DNA from: a virus
DNA length: 64,000 nucleotides
Reading direction: 5' to 3' (one strand)
Virus record (IMG/VR): IMGVR_UViG_3300028802_000009
Location: 9,142-73,141 of that record
Shown here: in pieces, positions 1 to 9,582 of the stretch
How positions within the stretch are numbered: the stretch's first letter is position 1
Layout: each line of letters begins with the position of its first letter
Position numbers and translations under genes: made by a program
The notes under the pieces: model-generated
Told to the model about the DNA's origin: nothing
The model's database searches: none
Seen by the model: the letters and a program-made list of their open reading frames with translations, nothing else

Positions 1-2443
1 GCGCCGCTCGCGAGCCCAACAGCGTTGCTGGCTTGTTGATTGCCCCCGGTGAACCACTTGCCGAGTCATACGCTGTGAAGCCCAGCAGGGATTCGACCGT
101 ACCTTGGTCGATCGTGATATTCGAGATCGTATCAAACCCGGCCGGAAGCGCAGGAGGGGTCACCGTGCTCGTGATGATGAAGAATACATCTCCCGTGCCA
201 ACCTGCTTGAAAGTAACGACAGCATCAGAACCGGGGGCGTCCGCCAGAGCGATGCCATTCGTTATAGCAGTAACGATGTCGGCAGGAGTCATGGAGGTTG
301 CTGGCGTAAGCTCGATAGGCGGCACGACGGTGCCGTTAACCTTCAGCTTGAGCACGTTTCCGGGAGCATCCGGAATCGGAATAGCACCAGCGGTCAGAGG
401 GACGCGCGCACCGACCAGAGTCGCGGGCGACGGGGTCACCAAGTTCGTAAGCGCGGGAGCGCCGTTGACTTCGGTCTCCCAGTTCGCCGAGAACGGGCTG
501 TAGAAGGAGTACGGCGCTGCACCCTTGTTCGTGTACGCTGCGTTCGTAGCAACCGAAGTGCCAAAGGCAACCGTTACTACCTCCGAGACTGGCGTGCCAG
601 CACCCGTATGGAACGCATCAGGAATCAGCTCCGAACCGCGAGGCCACTGGATAATCTCAGCAGTGCCAGACTTGGAACCAAACCGGACCTCGAACAGATC
701 CTTGTTCTGCGTGGTTGAGAATACCGTGTACTGCCCAGCTCCGACCGCGCCTGGTACGACGTTCGTAAAGATGTACGTGTCGTCTGCCAGACGGCTGTAA
801 TAGAACGTCGCATACGCATGATAGTCAGGCGGCTGCGCCGTCTTGAGCTTGAAGCGGCGGGTAGTTCCGTCGAGTTCGAGAACCTCGACTGCCGGGCGAT
901 TCAGCGCATCGCGCAAGTTGCGCCCCGTGTAAACCTTCACGAGGTCCGGGCGATTCGTCACCAGATCTTGACGGCTGTTGGAAACTGAGTTGAACGTGCT
1001 CAGACCAAGTGTGGTGCTGCGGCCATTACCCGTGGTCGGGACCTCCGGCAGCAAATAGTCCGTGGCGGAAAGCGTAGCTGGGATCGTGGTCGTATCAACG
1101 ACGCGCGGGCAGTCTCCCAGGTACATCACGTCGTCGATCAGAGTTCCAACGATCTGACCACCAGAGCCGGTCGAGCCATCGAATGGCGTCGCACCAGGAG
1201 TCGTCGCAGATGCAGTAACCTGAAAGCTCGACCCCCAGTTGATCACGCTCACATCCGTAGATGGATTGCTGACCACGAAGTCCGTGCCCTGGATGAAATC
1301 GTTGCGTCCCGGCGAGATACCGCAGCGCAGCACCGTCGTGACCAGACTGTTAGGCAGATAGTCAAACGTGTCCTGCCAGGTGTTCGCCCAGTATTGGATC
1401 GTGACAGTCGACCCCATAGCCGGAGCGAAAGGCAGCGTCACGATACCGGCACCGCCGTTGACCGCCTCAGCGACTACCTGGAATCCGTCAACCTTTGCGA
1501 CCACCTTGGAAGGGTCAGTCGTTGTCGTCCCGCCGCCCGTACCGTCCACAATGGGCCGCTGAAACACGCGGAAATCGCGGTTACGGTTTGTAGTGGCACC
1601 CGTGGTCCAACCCAGCGGACCATTTGCCGAACCATCCCCAATCGTGATGCCGAACGGATTGGTCAGCCGAAGATGGTCGCGACCCTGGTTGTCAGTGAAC
1701 ACAGACGCCGAAAGGTTCGGCACCTGAGCCCCATTCACAGTGGAGGCGATGGTAGCCGCCGACAACGCGCCACCCGGCAGCACGATTGTCGCCGTTACGG
1801 CGTTGGCGGTAACAATGAACTGGTCATTGACCTCCGTGACGATGTTGAACCGATAAGCGCCCGGAGCCGGGAGGATCGTGGAATCAAATGTGCCGTAACC
1901 CGGAGACACCAACGTGGCGTTCTCCGTAGACACCTGCTCCGAGACATCATCCGTGAACGCGGTGTCCCCGCGATGAAAGTAGTAGGTGACCCGAACCTGG
2001 TCATTCGGCTGGGTCGGGATCTGAATGGTCACCAGACCCTTCTGGCCGTTGAGACTGCCAAGCGACACCGGCGATCCGTTCACAGACACAGAAGCCGCTC
2101 GAACATCGTTGGTGACACGGCCAAAACCCTGCCCGTCCACGATGGGGAAGTTACGGACTCGGAACGTCGTCAACGTCCCGTCCTGAGCACCCAAAAGCAG
2201 ATTGTTCGGATTCGTCGAGTCTACAACCCAGCTCTCAGACACATCTTCATTGACGATCTGCTGGTCTACGGTTGCCGACGACCCGCGGACAAGCTCAAAG
2301 TCAGTCTGCTCCAACTCCTCCTGGCCCACCCCAATCAACGCTGGGATCCGAAGACCCGCAACCAAGTTTGACGCGTTCGTCTCTGTCAGAGTGCGGGTAT
2401 AAACCCCCGGAGGCGCGTAAGAAATGAAGGGACCCAATGCCAT
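1..2443 (-). CDS. Contractile tail sheath protein, N-terminal part (runs off the window start)
   Basis: Missing from the ORF track, presumably because it has no stop in the window. Hand translation from ATG 2443 (SD AGGAG) gives MALGPFISYAPPGVYTRTLTETNASNLVAGLRIPALIGVG. PGVY plus (I)PALIG is the usual sheath N-terminus, and the gene follows neck/terminator genes. I did not check the whole frame codon by codon. Confidence 0.75.
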   Translation of the reverse strand, partial: MALGPFISYAPPGVYTRTLTETNASNLVAGLRIPALIGVGQEELEQTDFELVRGSSATVDQQIVNEDVSESWVVDSTNPNNLLLGAQDGTLTTFRVRNFPIVDGQGFGRVTNDVRAASVSVNGSPVSLGSLNGQKGLVTIQIPTQPNDQVRVTYYFHRGDTAFTDDVSEQVSTENATLVSPGYGTFDSTILPAPGAYRFNIVTEVNDQFIVTANAVTATIVLPGGALSAATIASTVNGAQVPNLSASVFTDNQGRDHLRLTNPFGITIGDGSANGPLGWTTGATTNRNRDFRVFQRPIVDGTGGGTTTTDPSKVVAKVDGFQVVAEAVNGGAGIVTLPFAPAMGSTVTIQYWANTWQDTFDYLPNSLVTTVLRCGISPGRNDFIQGTDFVVSNPSTDVSVINWGSSFQVTASATTPGATPFDGSTGSGGQIVGTLIDDVMYLGDCPRVVDTTTIPATLSATDYLLPEVPTTGNGRSTTLGLSTFNSVSNSRQDLVTNRPDLVKVYTGRNLRDALNRPAVEVLELDGTTRRFKLKTAQPPDYHAYATFYYSRLADDTYIFTNVVPGAVGAGQYTVFSTTQNKDLFEVRFGSKSGTAEIIQWPRGSELIPDAFHTGAGTPVSEVVTVAFGTSVATNAAYTNKGAAPYSFYSPFSANWETEVNGAPALTNLVTPSPATLVGARVPLTAGAIPIPDAPGNVLKLKVNGTVVPPIELTPATSMTPADIVTAITNGIALADAPGSDAVVTFKQVGTGDVFFIITSTVTPPALPAGFDTISNITIDQGTVESLLGFTAYDSASGSPGAINKPATLLGSRAA

Positions 2444-2591
2444 TGGCGGTTATCTCCTGGTGAAGGACGTCACATCTAGATCTGGGTGTACGACGAGACA
2501 CAAAAGCAGTGGCTTTGGGTGCTGGTCTTCATAAGATCCCTAGGGATCAACTGCATCCCCACGCAACGAAGCAATCTGATAGGACTGGACC

Positions 2592-2600
2592 ACAAAAGAA
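2592..2600 (-). promoter_or_regulatory. Putative late promoter element (TTCTTTTGT) upstream of the sheath gene
   Basis: Member of a recurring pyrimidine-tract+RT motif found in leaders of structural genes. Confidence 0.4.
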
Positions 2601-2615
2601 CTATTACCCACGAGA

Positions 2616-3038
2616 TCAGCGCCCCCGTCCCCCCCGTATCCTCTTAAAGGCTTCACGGGCCAGCACTTTGCGCGCCGCTCTACCTTGGTCTGACATAGGT
2701 TCATAATCGACGTAGTCGCTGCCGGTCCGGCGAATCAAAGCGTGCGTCGACCCATCTGCCCGTGCCTCATTCTTCACAAGCTCGCGGGCGGCAAGGTGCG
2801 CCCACCGCTCGCCGGCATCACGGCCAACAGCTTTATCAGCCGACGGGTAATCGTCGGCGTGCACCCCGGAGTTAGCCGGCGCCCCAGAGCCCTTGGCAAA
2901 AGAGAAGCCGAATTCACTGGGTACGAGGGCAGCCGAGTTCTTGCAGCTCGGGCACGGATACGAGACGTGATTATCTACCCGAAGGTTCCTCTCGAATCTC
3001 AGAACGCAGGTGGGGCACTCAAAAGCGTACCGTGGCAT
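2616..3038 (-). CDS. FmdB-family zinc-ribbon protein
   Basis: MPRYAFECPTC...CPSC matches the MPxYxYxCxxC...CPxC signature. Confidence 0.75.
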   Translation of the reverse strand: MPRYAFECPTCVLRFERNLRVDNHVSYPCPSCKNSAALVPSEFGFSFAKGSGAPANSGVHADDYPSADKAVGRDAGERWAHLAARELVKNEARADGSTHALIRRTGSDYVDYEPMSDQGRAARKVLAREAFKRIRGGRGR

Positions 3039-3046
3039 TTTTTGTC

Positions 3047-4228
3047 CTATTTGATGCGCTCGAAATCATAGTTACGGCCGATGATCACTGGCATGGTCGA
3101 GAACACCAGGCTGTTGTTCACGTCACCGATAATCGCGGTACGGCCAGCGACACCCGGCACGTCGCGCTGTGGGTCCGTAGTGACAACACTGATCGTCAAA
3201 GGCAGCGGCTCGTGGACTTCCCATGGGGTTTGCAGCTGGAGACTCAGAGAGGCCGTGTAGAAAAACTCGTCCCCGGTCTCATCCGCCACTTCCTCAGCTT
3301 CGCCGCCAATCGAGACATCCACTACTTCGATCCCCTCTGCGGACAGCTTCGGTCTTTTTTGGTAGAGCAAATACATCATCGTGAGGTCCGCCAGCTCTTC
3401 CATCTGGTGAGGGTCGCGGGCAATCACGTCCATCTCAAACGTAAGGTCGAAGCGCCCACCATACGCATTGGCCGTCGGTGTCCTATCATCGTAGACCACC
3501 ACAGCGACCTTATCGCCGGGCTTCCCCCTCTTACCAAAAGCAAGCACCACCCCCGGCAACGTCCTAAAGTCGGAGGTGTTCCATTGATACGTAACCGGCC
3601 CGATGGACGCGACGGGATAGCGATAATCCGCGGTGACCACAGCGCCATGAGAAAACCGCTCAAGGAAGGTCACCTCTCCCGTGGCGTAATCCACCGCATA
3701 GTGCTTGCCCTCGACCAGTCGATAGTTGCGGTTCTGCCACATGCGTAGCGTCCCCTGGACAGGCAACTGTTGCAGCTGTCCGAACGTCTCGATGCCCGAC
3801 AAGAATCTGATGACCGGCTCATCATTGACGGTGAGCAACGGGTCGATCATGAACTTGCCAATCGACTGCGCGTCCGCCGGAGCCTCAAGGATCTCCACAT
3901 AGTAGATCCCCGGAGGCAGAGGCATTCGGCCCCCGTGCAGGTCAAGATGGGCCGCATCTTCAACCACCCACTCAAGTGGGAAGGTCGGCGCACCCACGTA
4001 GCCAAGCATCACGTAACTGTTCAAGGTGCCGATGAACTGGTCAGCTGAGAGCGAGACCTTGTTGGCAGAAGCCCCTTTGACCACTATCCCGAACTGCGGA
4101 CGCTCGGCGAACGAGTACTTATTCTCAATATTGGAAACGATCTTGTTATAGACGGGGTGCTGTGCAAACGAGTCTTTTAGCTCAAGAATGAGCCGGCGCT
4201 TCATTGCGTTGAGCAGATTATAATACAC
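3047..4228 (-). CDS. Putative tail terminator/tail-completion protein
   Basis: 393 aa beta-rich protein just upstream of the sheath. Its C-terminal FDLTFEMDVIARD...ELAD...SLSLQLQTPW pattern resembles tail-terminator folds. Mostly a synteny call. Confidence 0.45.
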   Translation of the reverse strand: MYYNLLNAMKRRLILELKDSFAQHPVYNKIVSNIENKYSFAERPQFGIVVKGASANKVSLSADQFIGTLNSYVMLGYVGAPTFPLEWVVEDAAHLDLHGGRMPLPPGIYYVEILEAPADAQSIGKFMIDPLLTVNDEPVIRFLSGIETFGQLQQLPVQGTLRMWQNRNYRLVEGKHYAVDYATGEVTFLERFSHGAVVTADYRYPVASIGPVTYQWNTSDFRTLPGVVLAFGKRGKPGDKVAVVVYDDRTPTANAYGGRFDLTFEMDVIARDPHQMEELADLTMMYLLYQKRPKLSAEGIEVVDVSIGGEAEEVADETGDEFFYTASLSLQLQTPWEVHEPLPLTISVVTTDPQRDVPGVAGRTAIIGDVNNSLVFSTMPVIIGRNYDFERIK

Positions 4229-4249
4229 GGCGACCCTTTATTTCCCGAA

Positions 4250-5275
4250 CTAGACCTGACTGTGCTCCTCGGTTGCCAGCACAAGGAGCCCTTCAGCGAC
4301 GGCGGTCATTGGGTCTTTGGCAGCCCTGACTTCGCTGATCTGAATCGGAAAGCCCCGCTTCTTGATTGCCTCGAATTCCTCCATGAACACTTCCATGAAG
4401 CCTCCGGCGCGAGTCGTGCCCCCGCTGAATACGAAGGGGATAGGCTCCGGCAGGTTGATCCCTGCCTGGTTCTTTCGGAACTGAAGAGCGATGTTCTCTA
4501 GCACGTACTTGATCAGAGACCGAATATAGAGGGCGAGTGCCTCTTCTTCACGAGATTTGGGCTCGGCGAGATCAACGCCCTTTTCCTTGATGGCGCACAT
4601 GCGAGCCGACGTATTGCCCACCGCCTTTGCAGCGTGCGAATCAACCCAGTCACCTCCGCGTGCGACAGAGAAATCCATGCCCTTGATCGTCTGATAAGCC
4701 AGCGCAATGTTGCCCATACCAGAGCCAAAGCTCACGGACAGACCAGAGAAGTTCTCCGCGGCACATTGCGAGTAGATGATCGCCATGGCCTCGTTCATGG
4801 GATGGGGCGTGTATCCAAGCTCACCCAAGATCTTCCGAAAGACCTCTTGGTGATAGATAATATCCTGAGCGGTATCATCCACGGGCGACGCCGGAACACT
4901 GTAGTAGCAATGCTCCGCCTTCACGACGGGATCGCCAATGACATTTGAAATCAGCAAGCTGAGAATCTGCTGGGCATCCAACTCCCCAGCCGCAATCACG
5001 CCCTTGCTCAATGGCCGGCGCACCTCTCGGTTGAACAGATTAGCCATGGTCAGCGCGGAGTCTCCGAGTACCACCAGAGTTCCTTGGCGCTCTACGTAGT
5101 CGACCTTGGATAGGCGGAGCGTCTTCTTGGCCTCCAGATCCAGGTCAAGAAATGCGTCCCGAATTCGCCTCAGCTCCAAGCTATCCCCGTCCGCCAACTG
5201 GCGAGCTGAGACAATATTCATGGTGCCTAGGTCGAGCCCACACGCGGGCTTGTATTTTGACATCTCTATCTCCAT
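4250..5275 (-). CDS. Actin-fold ATPase (MreB/ParM/FtsA superfamily)
   Basis: All five actin motifs in order: phosphate-1 GLDLGT, connect-1 NEAMA, phosphate-2 SFGSG, adenosine FSGGT, connect-2 DPMTAVAEG. The start could be 5263 (MSKYK). Confidence 0.85.
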   Translation of the reverse strand: MEIEMSKYKPACGLDLGTMNIVSARQLADGDSLELRRIRDAFLDLDLEAKKTLRLSKVDYVERQGTLVVLGDSALTMANLFNREVRRPLSKGVIAAGELDAQQILSLLISNVIGDPVVKAEHCYYSVPASPVDDTAQDIIYHQEVFRKILGELGYTPHPMNEAMAIIYSQCAAENFSGLSVSFGSGMGNIALAYQTIKGMDFSVARGGDWVDSHAAKAVGNTSARMCAIKEKGVDLAEPKSREEEALALYIRSLIKYVLENIALQFRKNQAGINLPEPIPFVFSGGTTRAGGFMEVFMEEFEAIKKRGFPIQISEVRAAKDPMTAVAEGLLVLATEEHSQV

Positions 5276-5301
5276 CCTAAAGCCCTGTGCTTGGGCGGGG
5301 T

Positions 5302-5949
5302 CTAACGACTATCGTAACTGTAGGCTTCCCGGCCCCCGTTACGCTGCTGCAGCAGGTAAACGAATTCTTCGTGCTTATCTGCTACACCTTGAAGCAAGTT
5401 GTCAGTGCCTGAACTCAGGCAGTTCTTTTCCTCTAGCCGGGTCCTTGCCGTCTCCAAGCAGTCGAGCACGCATCGCTCAACCTCAAGACTTTGTCGCACC
5501 ATCTCGTCCGGGGATGGTGGCACAGGTGACCGGCACCAATGGCGAACCAAAACCGGGATCATATCGGCCTGCAGCTTCGGACAAACGAGCCCGTCACCCC
5601 CCGCTCCGACAGCTCTCTCGGCAACCTGGTCAATGAATCCGACCGACTCGTTGTAGAACCGCTCGAACAACAAGTGGTCTCCGTATTGAGCCGTGCCACA
5701 GGTCTGCCAGTGGTGACTCTGATGTACCAGTGCAGCGGCGCGCAGAATCCCGACCAAAACACCAAGCTCCTCAACACCGGCCCCCGCAGGCATCGTCTTC
5801 GCAAGAAGAGACACAAGGACGCCGCCTTCCATGGAGGCCGTTTTAGCCCTGGATTCTGGAAGATAGGGCGCGCCATTCTCAGATGGCTCGAAAGCCAGCG
5901 GGTCAACCCAGAGAGCGTGAATAGAATCTTGTGCCATCACCTTCACCAA
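5302..5949 (-). CDS. Dps/ferritin-like four-helix protein
   Basis: HQSHHW...DHLLFERFY...IDQVAER matches Dps ferroxidase ligand spacing (HW, H, D, E). Confidence 0.75.
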   Translation of the reverse strand: MVKVMAQDSIHALWVDPLAFEPSENGAPYLPESRAKTASMEGGVLVSLLAKTMPAGAGVEELGVLVGILRAAALVHQSHHWQTCGTAQYGDHLLFERFYNESVGFIDQVAERAVGAGGDGLVCPKLQADMIPVLVRHWCRSPVPPSPDEMVRQSLEVERCVLDCLETARTRLEEKNCLSSGTDNLLQGVADKHEEFVYLLQQRNGGREAYSYDSR

Positions 5950-6641
5950 GACCTACCCGGAACGTCGATAACGATGAAATGGAACTCGGCGCTCTGAAAC
6001 CTGACTTCGCTCTGCCGGACCAACTCCGGGTCCATGGCTCCCACAAGGTCAGCCCGCGACAGGCGCAGCAGCCTAGATTGATGAGCCTCAATCAGCATGG
6101 CGTCGAATTTGGACCGCTCCATACGCGGAAACCCGCGATCCTTCACGCTAGAGATGAAAACGTGCTCCTCGTAGTACTTCTTGCTTTGAGGTGACTTCGC
6201 GACGGCCAGCGCTTTAGCCGCGAACGCATGCAGGTCCTTCGGGTCGTCAGCATCATCCATCTTGGAGTCGGACTTGGTCTCATCCGCCTTCTCTTCCTTC
6301 AAGATCTTGCCGATCTGAGACGGCATTATCTTCTTAGGCTTCGTGGTGAATCCAGGTCCGCCGTAGGGCGAGCGAACAGTAGTCGTGATCTTGCGGTCTA
6401 GCCAAAACATGTTCCCCTCGGGATCCGTGTATTGCCAGAGCACCGCTTGACCAGCCGCCAAGTGCGTCGCCCCACCGCTTATCCGGTCGACGTAGTCAAC
6501 CAAGGCCATTACGTGGCCTTTCTTTGGTATCGCCCTAGTCTCACCACGCGCAGCGGTGCGGCGCTCCGAAGGAGGCTTGCCAGAGACCATAGCTGTCAAA
6601 GCTATAGCCCCCACCGATACATTAGCTTGACGTGGGTGCAT
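5943..6641 (-). CDS. Hypothetical protein, possible head-internal protein
   Basis: SD GAGG; RQA and RTA motifs near the N-terminus; compact C-terminal domain (VFISS...LSRADLVGAMDP...SE...FHF). Confidence 0.55.
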   Translation of the reverse strand: MHPRQANVSVGAIALTAMVSGKPPSERRTAARGETRAIPKKGHVMALVDYVDRISGGATHLAAGQAVLWQYTDPEGNMFWLDRKITTTVRSPYGGPGFTTKPKKIMPSQIGKILKEEKADETKSDSKMDDADDPKDLHAFAAKALAVAKSPQSKKYYEEHVFISSVKDRGFPRMERSKFDAMLIEAHQSRLLRLSRADLVGAMDPELVRQSEVRFQSAEFHFIVIDVPGRSW

Positions 6642-6680
6642 CGAAGATTCCTCTGTTCAGGTGTTCGCAAGAAAGGTTTA

Positions 6681-7328
6681 TCAAGGGCTGCGCTCTTTCT
6701 TACGAATCTGCCGCAGAAGATCAGCGGCCTCCGTGACGGCGTCCGAAGTGGACTCTTCGCCCTGAATGCTGATGCGAGCGTCGAGGTCTTTATCCCGGAT
6801 CTGTCCCGGTAGAAACGTCGGCGCCGTACCGTCTACCGTTTCAACGACAACGGGCGCGGATGCCGCCGCAACAGCTGAAGGCGCCGCCGACGCGACAGCC
6901 GCGGGGGGCGCTACCGCCACGCCTGACTGAATCGCCTTGAGAATCTGATCAAGCTTGTCTGAATGCGCATGAGCGCTGCCCTCAAGCTGATGCTTCAAGG
7001 CTTCATTCTCGTTCTGGAGGCGCACCGCAAGGGCCTCCAACTGAGCCGCATACTTCTCCAGACGAACCTTTTCAGGGTCGGGCGCTGACGCTGCGCTCGG
7101 GTAAGGAGCCGATGGGACCTGACACAGGAAACCTTGCGAAATAGCTCGCCAGAGATCTTTAGACATCAAGGCTTGCTCCTCGGGTATGATCACCAACGTC
7201 CGGAAGGCAACGTCTCTGCCGATGTCCTCGATCACATGGTTGCCAGCAACCATTCCAATCACACGCACATCGCCCATCATCTTTTTCATCCATCGCTTCC
7301 CCACCAATTTGCATAGTAGGCGGCGCAT
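6681..7328 (-). CDS. Coiled-coil hypothetical protein
   Basis: Heptad segment EKVRLEKYAAQLEALAVRLQNENEALKHQLE followed by an Ala/Pro linker; start uncertain. Confidence 0.6.
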   Translation of the reverse strand: MRRLLCKLVGKRWMKKMMGDVRVIGMVAGNHVIEDIGRDVAFRTLVIIPEEQALMSKDLWRAISQGFLCQVPSAPYPSAASAPDPEKVRLEKYAAQLEALAVRLQNENEALKHQLEGSAHAHSDKLDQILKAIQSGVAVAPPAAVASAAPSAVAAASAPVVVETVDGTAPTFLPGQIRDKDLDARISIQGEESTSDAVTEAADLLRQIRKKERSP

Positions 7329-7329
7329 G

Positions 7330-7872
7330 TCAGCTAGACTTCCTCATGGATTTGCGCACTTGCTTCGCCACCTCGACCCTAAATTTCTTACGCAGAAACT
7401 CGCGAGTCTCTTCCTTGGCGCGCTCTATAAAGTCGGATGGTGGTCTTCCTGGATGCAACCAGCCTTTTTTCCGCCCAACATTTGGCCCTGTCATCGGCCC
7501 TTGCGTCCAAGTCAACGACCGCGCATGAGCGCTCCGGAAAATCAGCTTTCCTGTCTCCGTGATGATCGGGATTGGGCGCCGAGCCTTCTTGAGCCACCTC
7601 ATTTGCCCACGCTTTTGGCCTAGCACGAGGGCGTGAAACCCAGGATGGTCGGTTGTCACCACAAGAGACGCCGGCCGGGCCTCGATCTGAATGGATTTGA
7701 CAAGGGACTTCTTGGCTCTGACCGAGTACGTGGTCTGCGTGAGCTTACGCTTGAGACGGACCATCAGTTCCCGGCGTGCTTTACGCAAGACACTGCTCAT
7801 ATCGCCGATGGTGATCCCGTGCGGGAACAACGGCTTTACCATCATGCGGGCGGCTATGACCTTCTTGCCCAT
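7330..7872 (-). CDS. Basic neck/tail-completion-like protein
   Basis: ATG 7872 overlaps the upstream TAA (TAATG). Very basic, with PIPI...IFRSA...WLHPG, a pattern seen in phage neck-region proteins. Confidence 0.5.
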   Translation of the reverse strand: MGKKVIAARMMVKPLFPHGITIGDMSSVLRKARRELMVRLKRKLTQTTYSVRAKKSLVKSIQIEARPASLVVTTDHPGFHALVLGQKRGQMRWLKKARRPIPIITETGKLIFRSAHARSLTWTQGPMTGPNVGRKKGWLHPGRPPSDFIERAKEETREFLRKKFRVEVAKQVRKSMRKSS

Positions 7873-9233
7873 TAGTACTCGATGTTCTCCCAAACCTTAG
7901 TGCGGCCTCTAAGCTCCCGCTCATTCGGAATGTTTGGCTTCTCCGTGATGCTCGTATCGGCCTCGCGCTCGGGTCCGGACGGTGCGAATTGCACGGCCGC
8001 GAACTTCACTGGGTTGCCGACCGGAACCTGGTAACGGATGTCCTTCTCATCGAGGTGGCCGATGTTGAAATGCTGCTGAAGCACCATGCCGCGATTCGAG
8101 GGGAACCGAACGGCGCCTATCGCGTATCGCTCACCGTTGAGCTTCACCACGAAATCGCGCTGCGACAAGATAGGAGCCGGCCCTGTCCACACCTCATACG
8201 CGTGTTCGACAGTGCGCCCAGTCTCCTTTTGAGAGATACGGCGCTCTGCATCATCAGGTGCAATCAAGGCATCGTAGGGTCCCTCGTACCCACCTAGAAA
8301 CCCGGTGCCGTAGCACTTGGGACAGTCGTTGATAGGCTGCTTGTGATACCCGTCCGGGACGCACGAGCAAGGAACGCCGACGTGCTTGCGTAGAAATATC
8401 TTCACCCGCTCGCCGCCTTGCTCCAGGATGAAGCGATTGCGACGCACGGATTCGCGCCAGATGTAGTCGAGTTTTTCGATCTCCATCGAGTTCGTGGCGG
8501 TCGCAAACTCAATAGGTGTCTCGATCAAGTCTTCGCATTGCACCTGACTGAGGTCGCAGCCCACGCGAACACCGACACTAGTGACGCGATAGAAGACACG
8601 CTGCCCGAGATCCGTTCGTACCAGCTCGCGATTACGCCGATACGTGCAGGTTACCGTGCTGTTGGGTCCTGGCACCAAGGCCGGGTCGTAGTTCTGCCGC
8701 GCCACGTCCGCATGGACGTACGGGTTGATCTCTACTTCGCCCGAAAACCCGTGCACCGCCAATGGAGTGACAGTGACTCCGTCGATTTTGACCCAGACAT
8801 CATCCGGCAGATCTGCTGTGACAGCTTGCGAGCCCTCGCGCACGATCGGGCTATGCAATGTCTTGAAGACCCAACGCGGTGCGTCCGGACCGGCAGCCGA
8901 CTCTCCTTCGCCTTTGAGAACGAACCTGTCCGTGACATCTTCATCTACGATCAGCTCGTTATCGGTCTGGTCGCGCCAAAAGTTGCTACAGATGAGCAAC
9001 TCTGAGATGCGCTCAAAAGGTCCGTACTCAGAGTCGAACGAGCGATAGAGGTTGACCCCGAGCAGCTGGTAGAGGCTGTTCAAGGCAAGTGTCGCTGGGG
9101 AGTCCCACCGGAGATCAAAGATTCCGGGCCGGTACCCACTGGTCATAAAAAGATTGAGCGGGGGCAGCGGCCAAGGAGTCTTTGTGTACTCTAGCTCTGT
9201 GGTGTTCCAATCGCGATTTGATGCGTAAGGCAC
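7872..9233 (-). CDS. Putative head-closure/neck protein with Cys cluster
   Basis: CSC...CPKCYGTGFLGGY motif followed by a beta-barrel-like segment (QRDFVVKLNGERYAI); neck-block synteny. Confidence 0.55.
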   Translation of the reverse strand: MPYASNRDWNTTELEYTKTPWPLPPLNLFMTSGYRPGIFDLRWDSPATLALNSLYQLLGVNLYRSFDSEYGPFERISELLICSNFWRDQTDNELIVDEDVTDRFVLKGEGESAAGPDAPRWVFKTLHSPIVREGSQAVTADLPDDVWVKIDGVTVTPLAVHGFSGEVEINPYVHADVARQNYDPALVPGPNSTVTCTYRRNRELVRTDLGQRVFYRVTSVGVRVGCDLSQVQCEDLIETPIEFATATNSMEIEKLDYIWRESVRRNRFILEQGGERVKIFLRKHVGVPCSCVPDGYHKQPINDCPKCYGTGFLGGYEGPYDALIAPDDAERRISQKETGRTVEHAYEVWTGPAPILSQRDFVVKLNGERYAIGAVRFPSNRGMVLQQHFNIGHLDEKDIRYQVPVGNPVKFAAVQFAPSGPEREADTSITEKPNIPNERELRGRTKVWENIEY

Positions 9234-9259
9234 GGGCTACCCCCTTCTAGAGAGAAGCC

Positions 9260-9268
9260 ACAAGGAAA
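9260..9268 (-). promoter_or_regulatory. Putative late promoter element (TTTCCTTGT)
   Basis: Intergenic copy of the pyrimidine-RT motif upstream of the GTG start at 9233. Confidence 0.4.
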
Positions 9269-9272
9269 AAGA

Positions 9273-9575
9273 CTAGGACGCCGCTGGCTCCTCCAGAGCG
9301 GTTTCCGCCTTGCGATCCAAGAGCTTCAGCTCACCCGTCTTATCATTGATACTGACCGGGGTCCCCGGCTGGAGACCCCGTTCAATCAACACCTGCTCGA
9401 ATAAGCGTTGCCGCTGCTGGTCCACCTGATGAGCCGCGGCGAGGACACGCACCCGCTCCTGCTCAAGTTCGAGTAACCGAAACCCAAGCTCGTAGCGGGC
9501 GCTGTCAAGGTCCGAGAATTTGGCGAGAACATCCGGTTGTACCGGGTCGCTGAGAGTCAGAGACGCGTTGGGCAT
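9273..9575 (-). CDS. Small coiled-coil hypothetical protein
   Basis: Start moved to ATG 9575 (MPNASL) to avoid overlap with the upstream gene; helical heptads. Confidence 0.6.
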   Translation of the reverse strand: MPNASLTLSDPVQPDVLAKFSDLDSARYELGFRLLELEQERVRVLAAAHQVDQQRQRLFEQVLIERGLQPGTPVSINDKTGELKLLDRKAETALEEPAAS

Positions 9576-9582
9576 GCCCCCG

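Noticed and set aside
4250-5275. Actin as part of a ParMRC partition cassette
   Set aside because: No adjacent small DNA-binding adaptor or iterated centromere repeats seen
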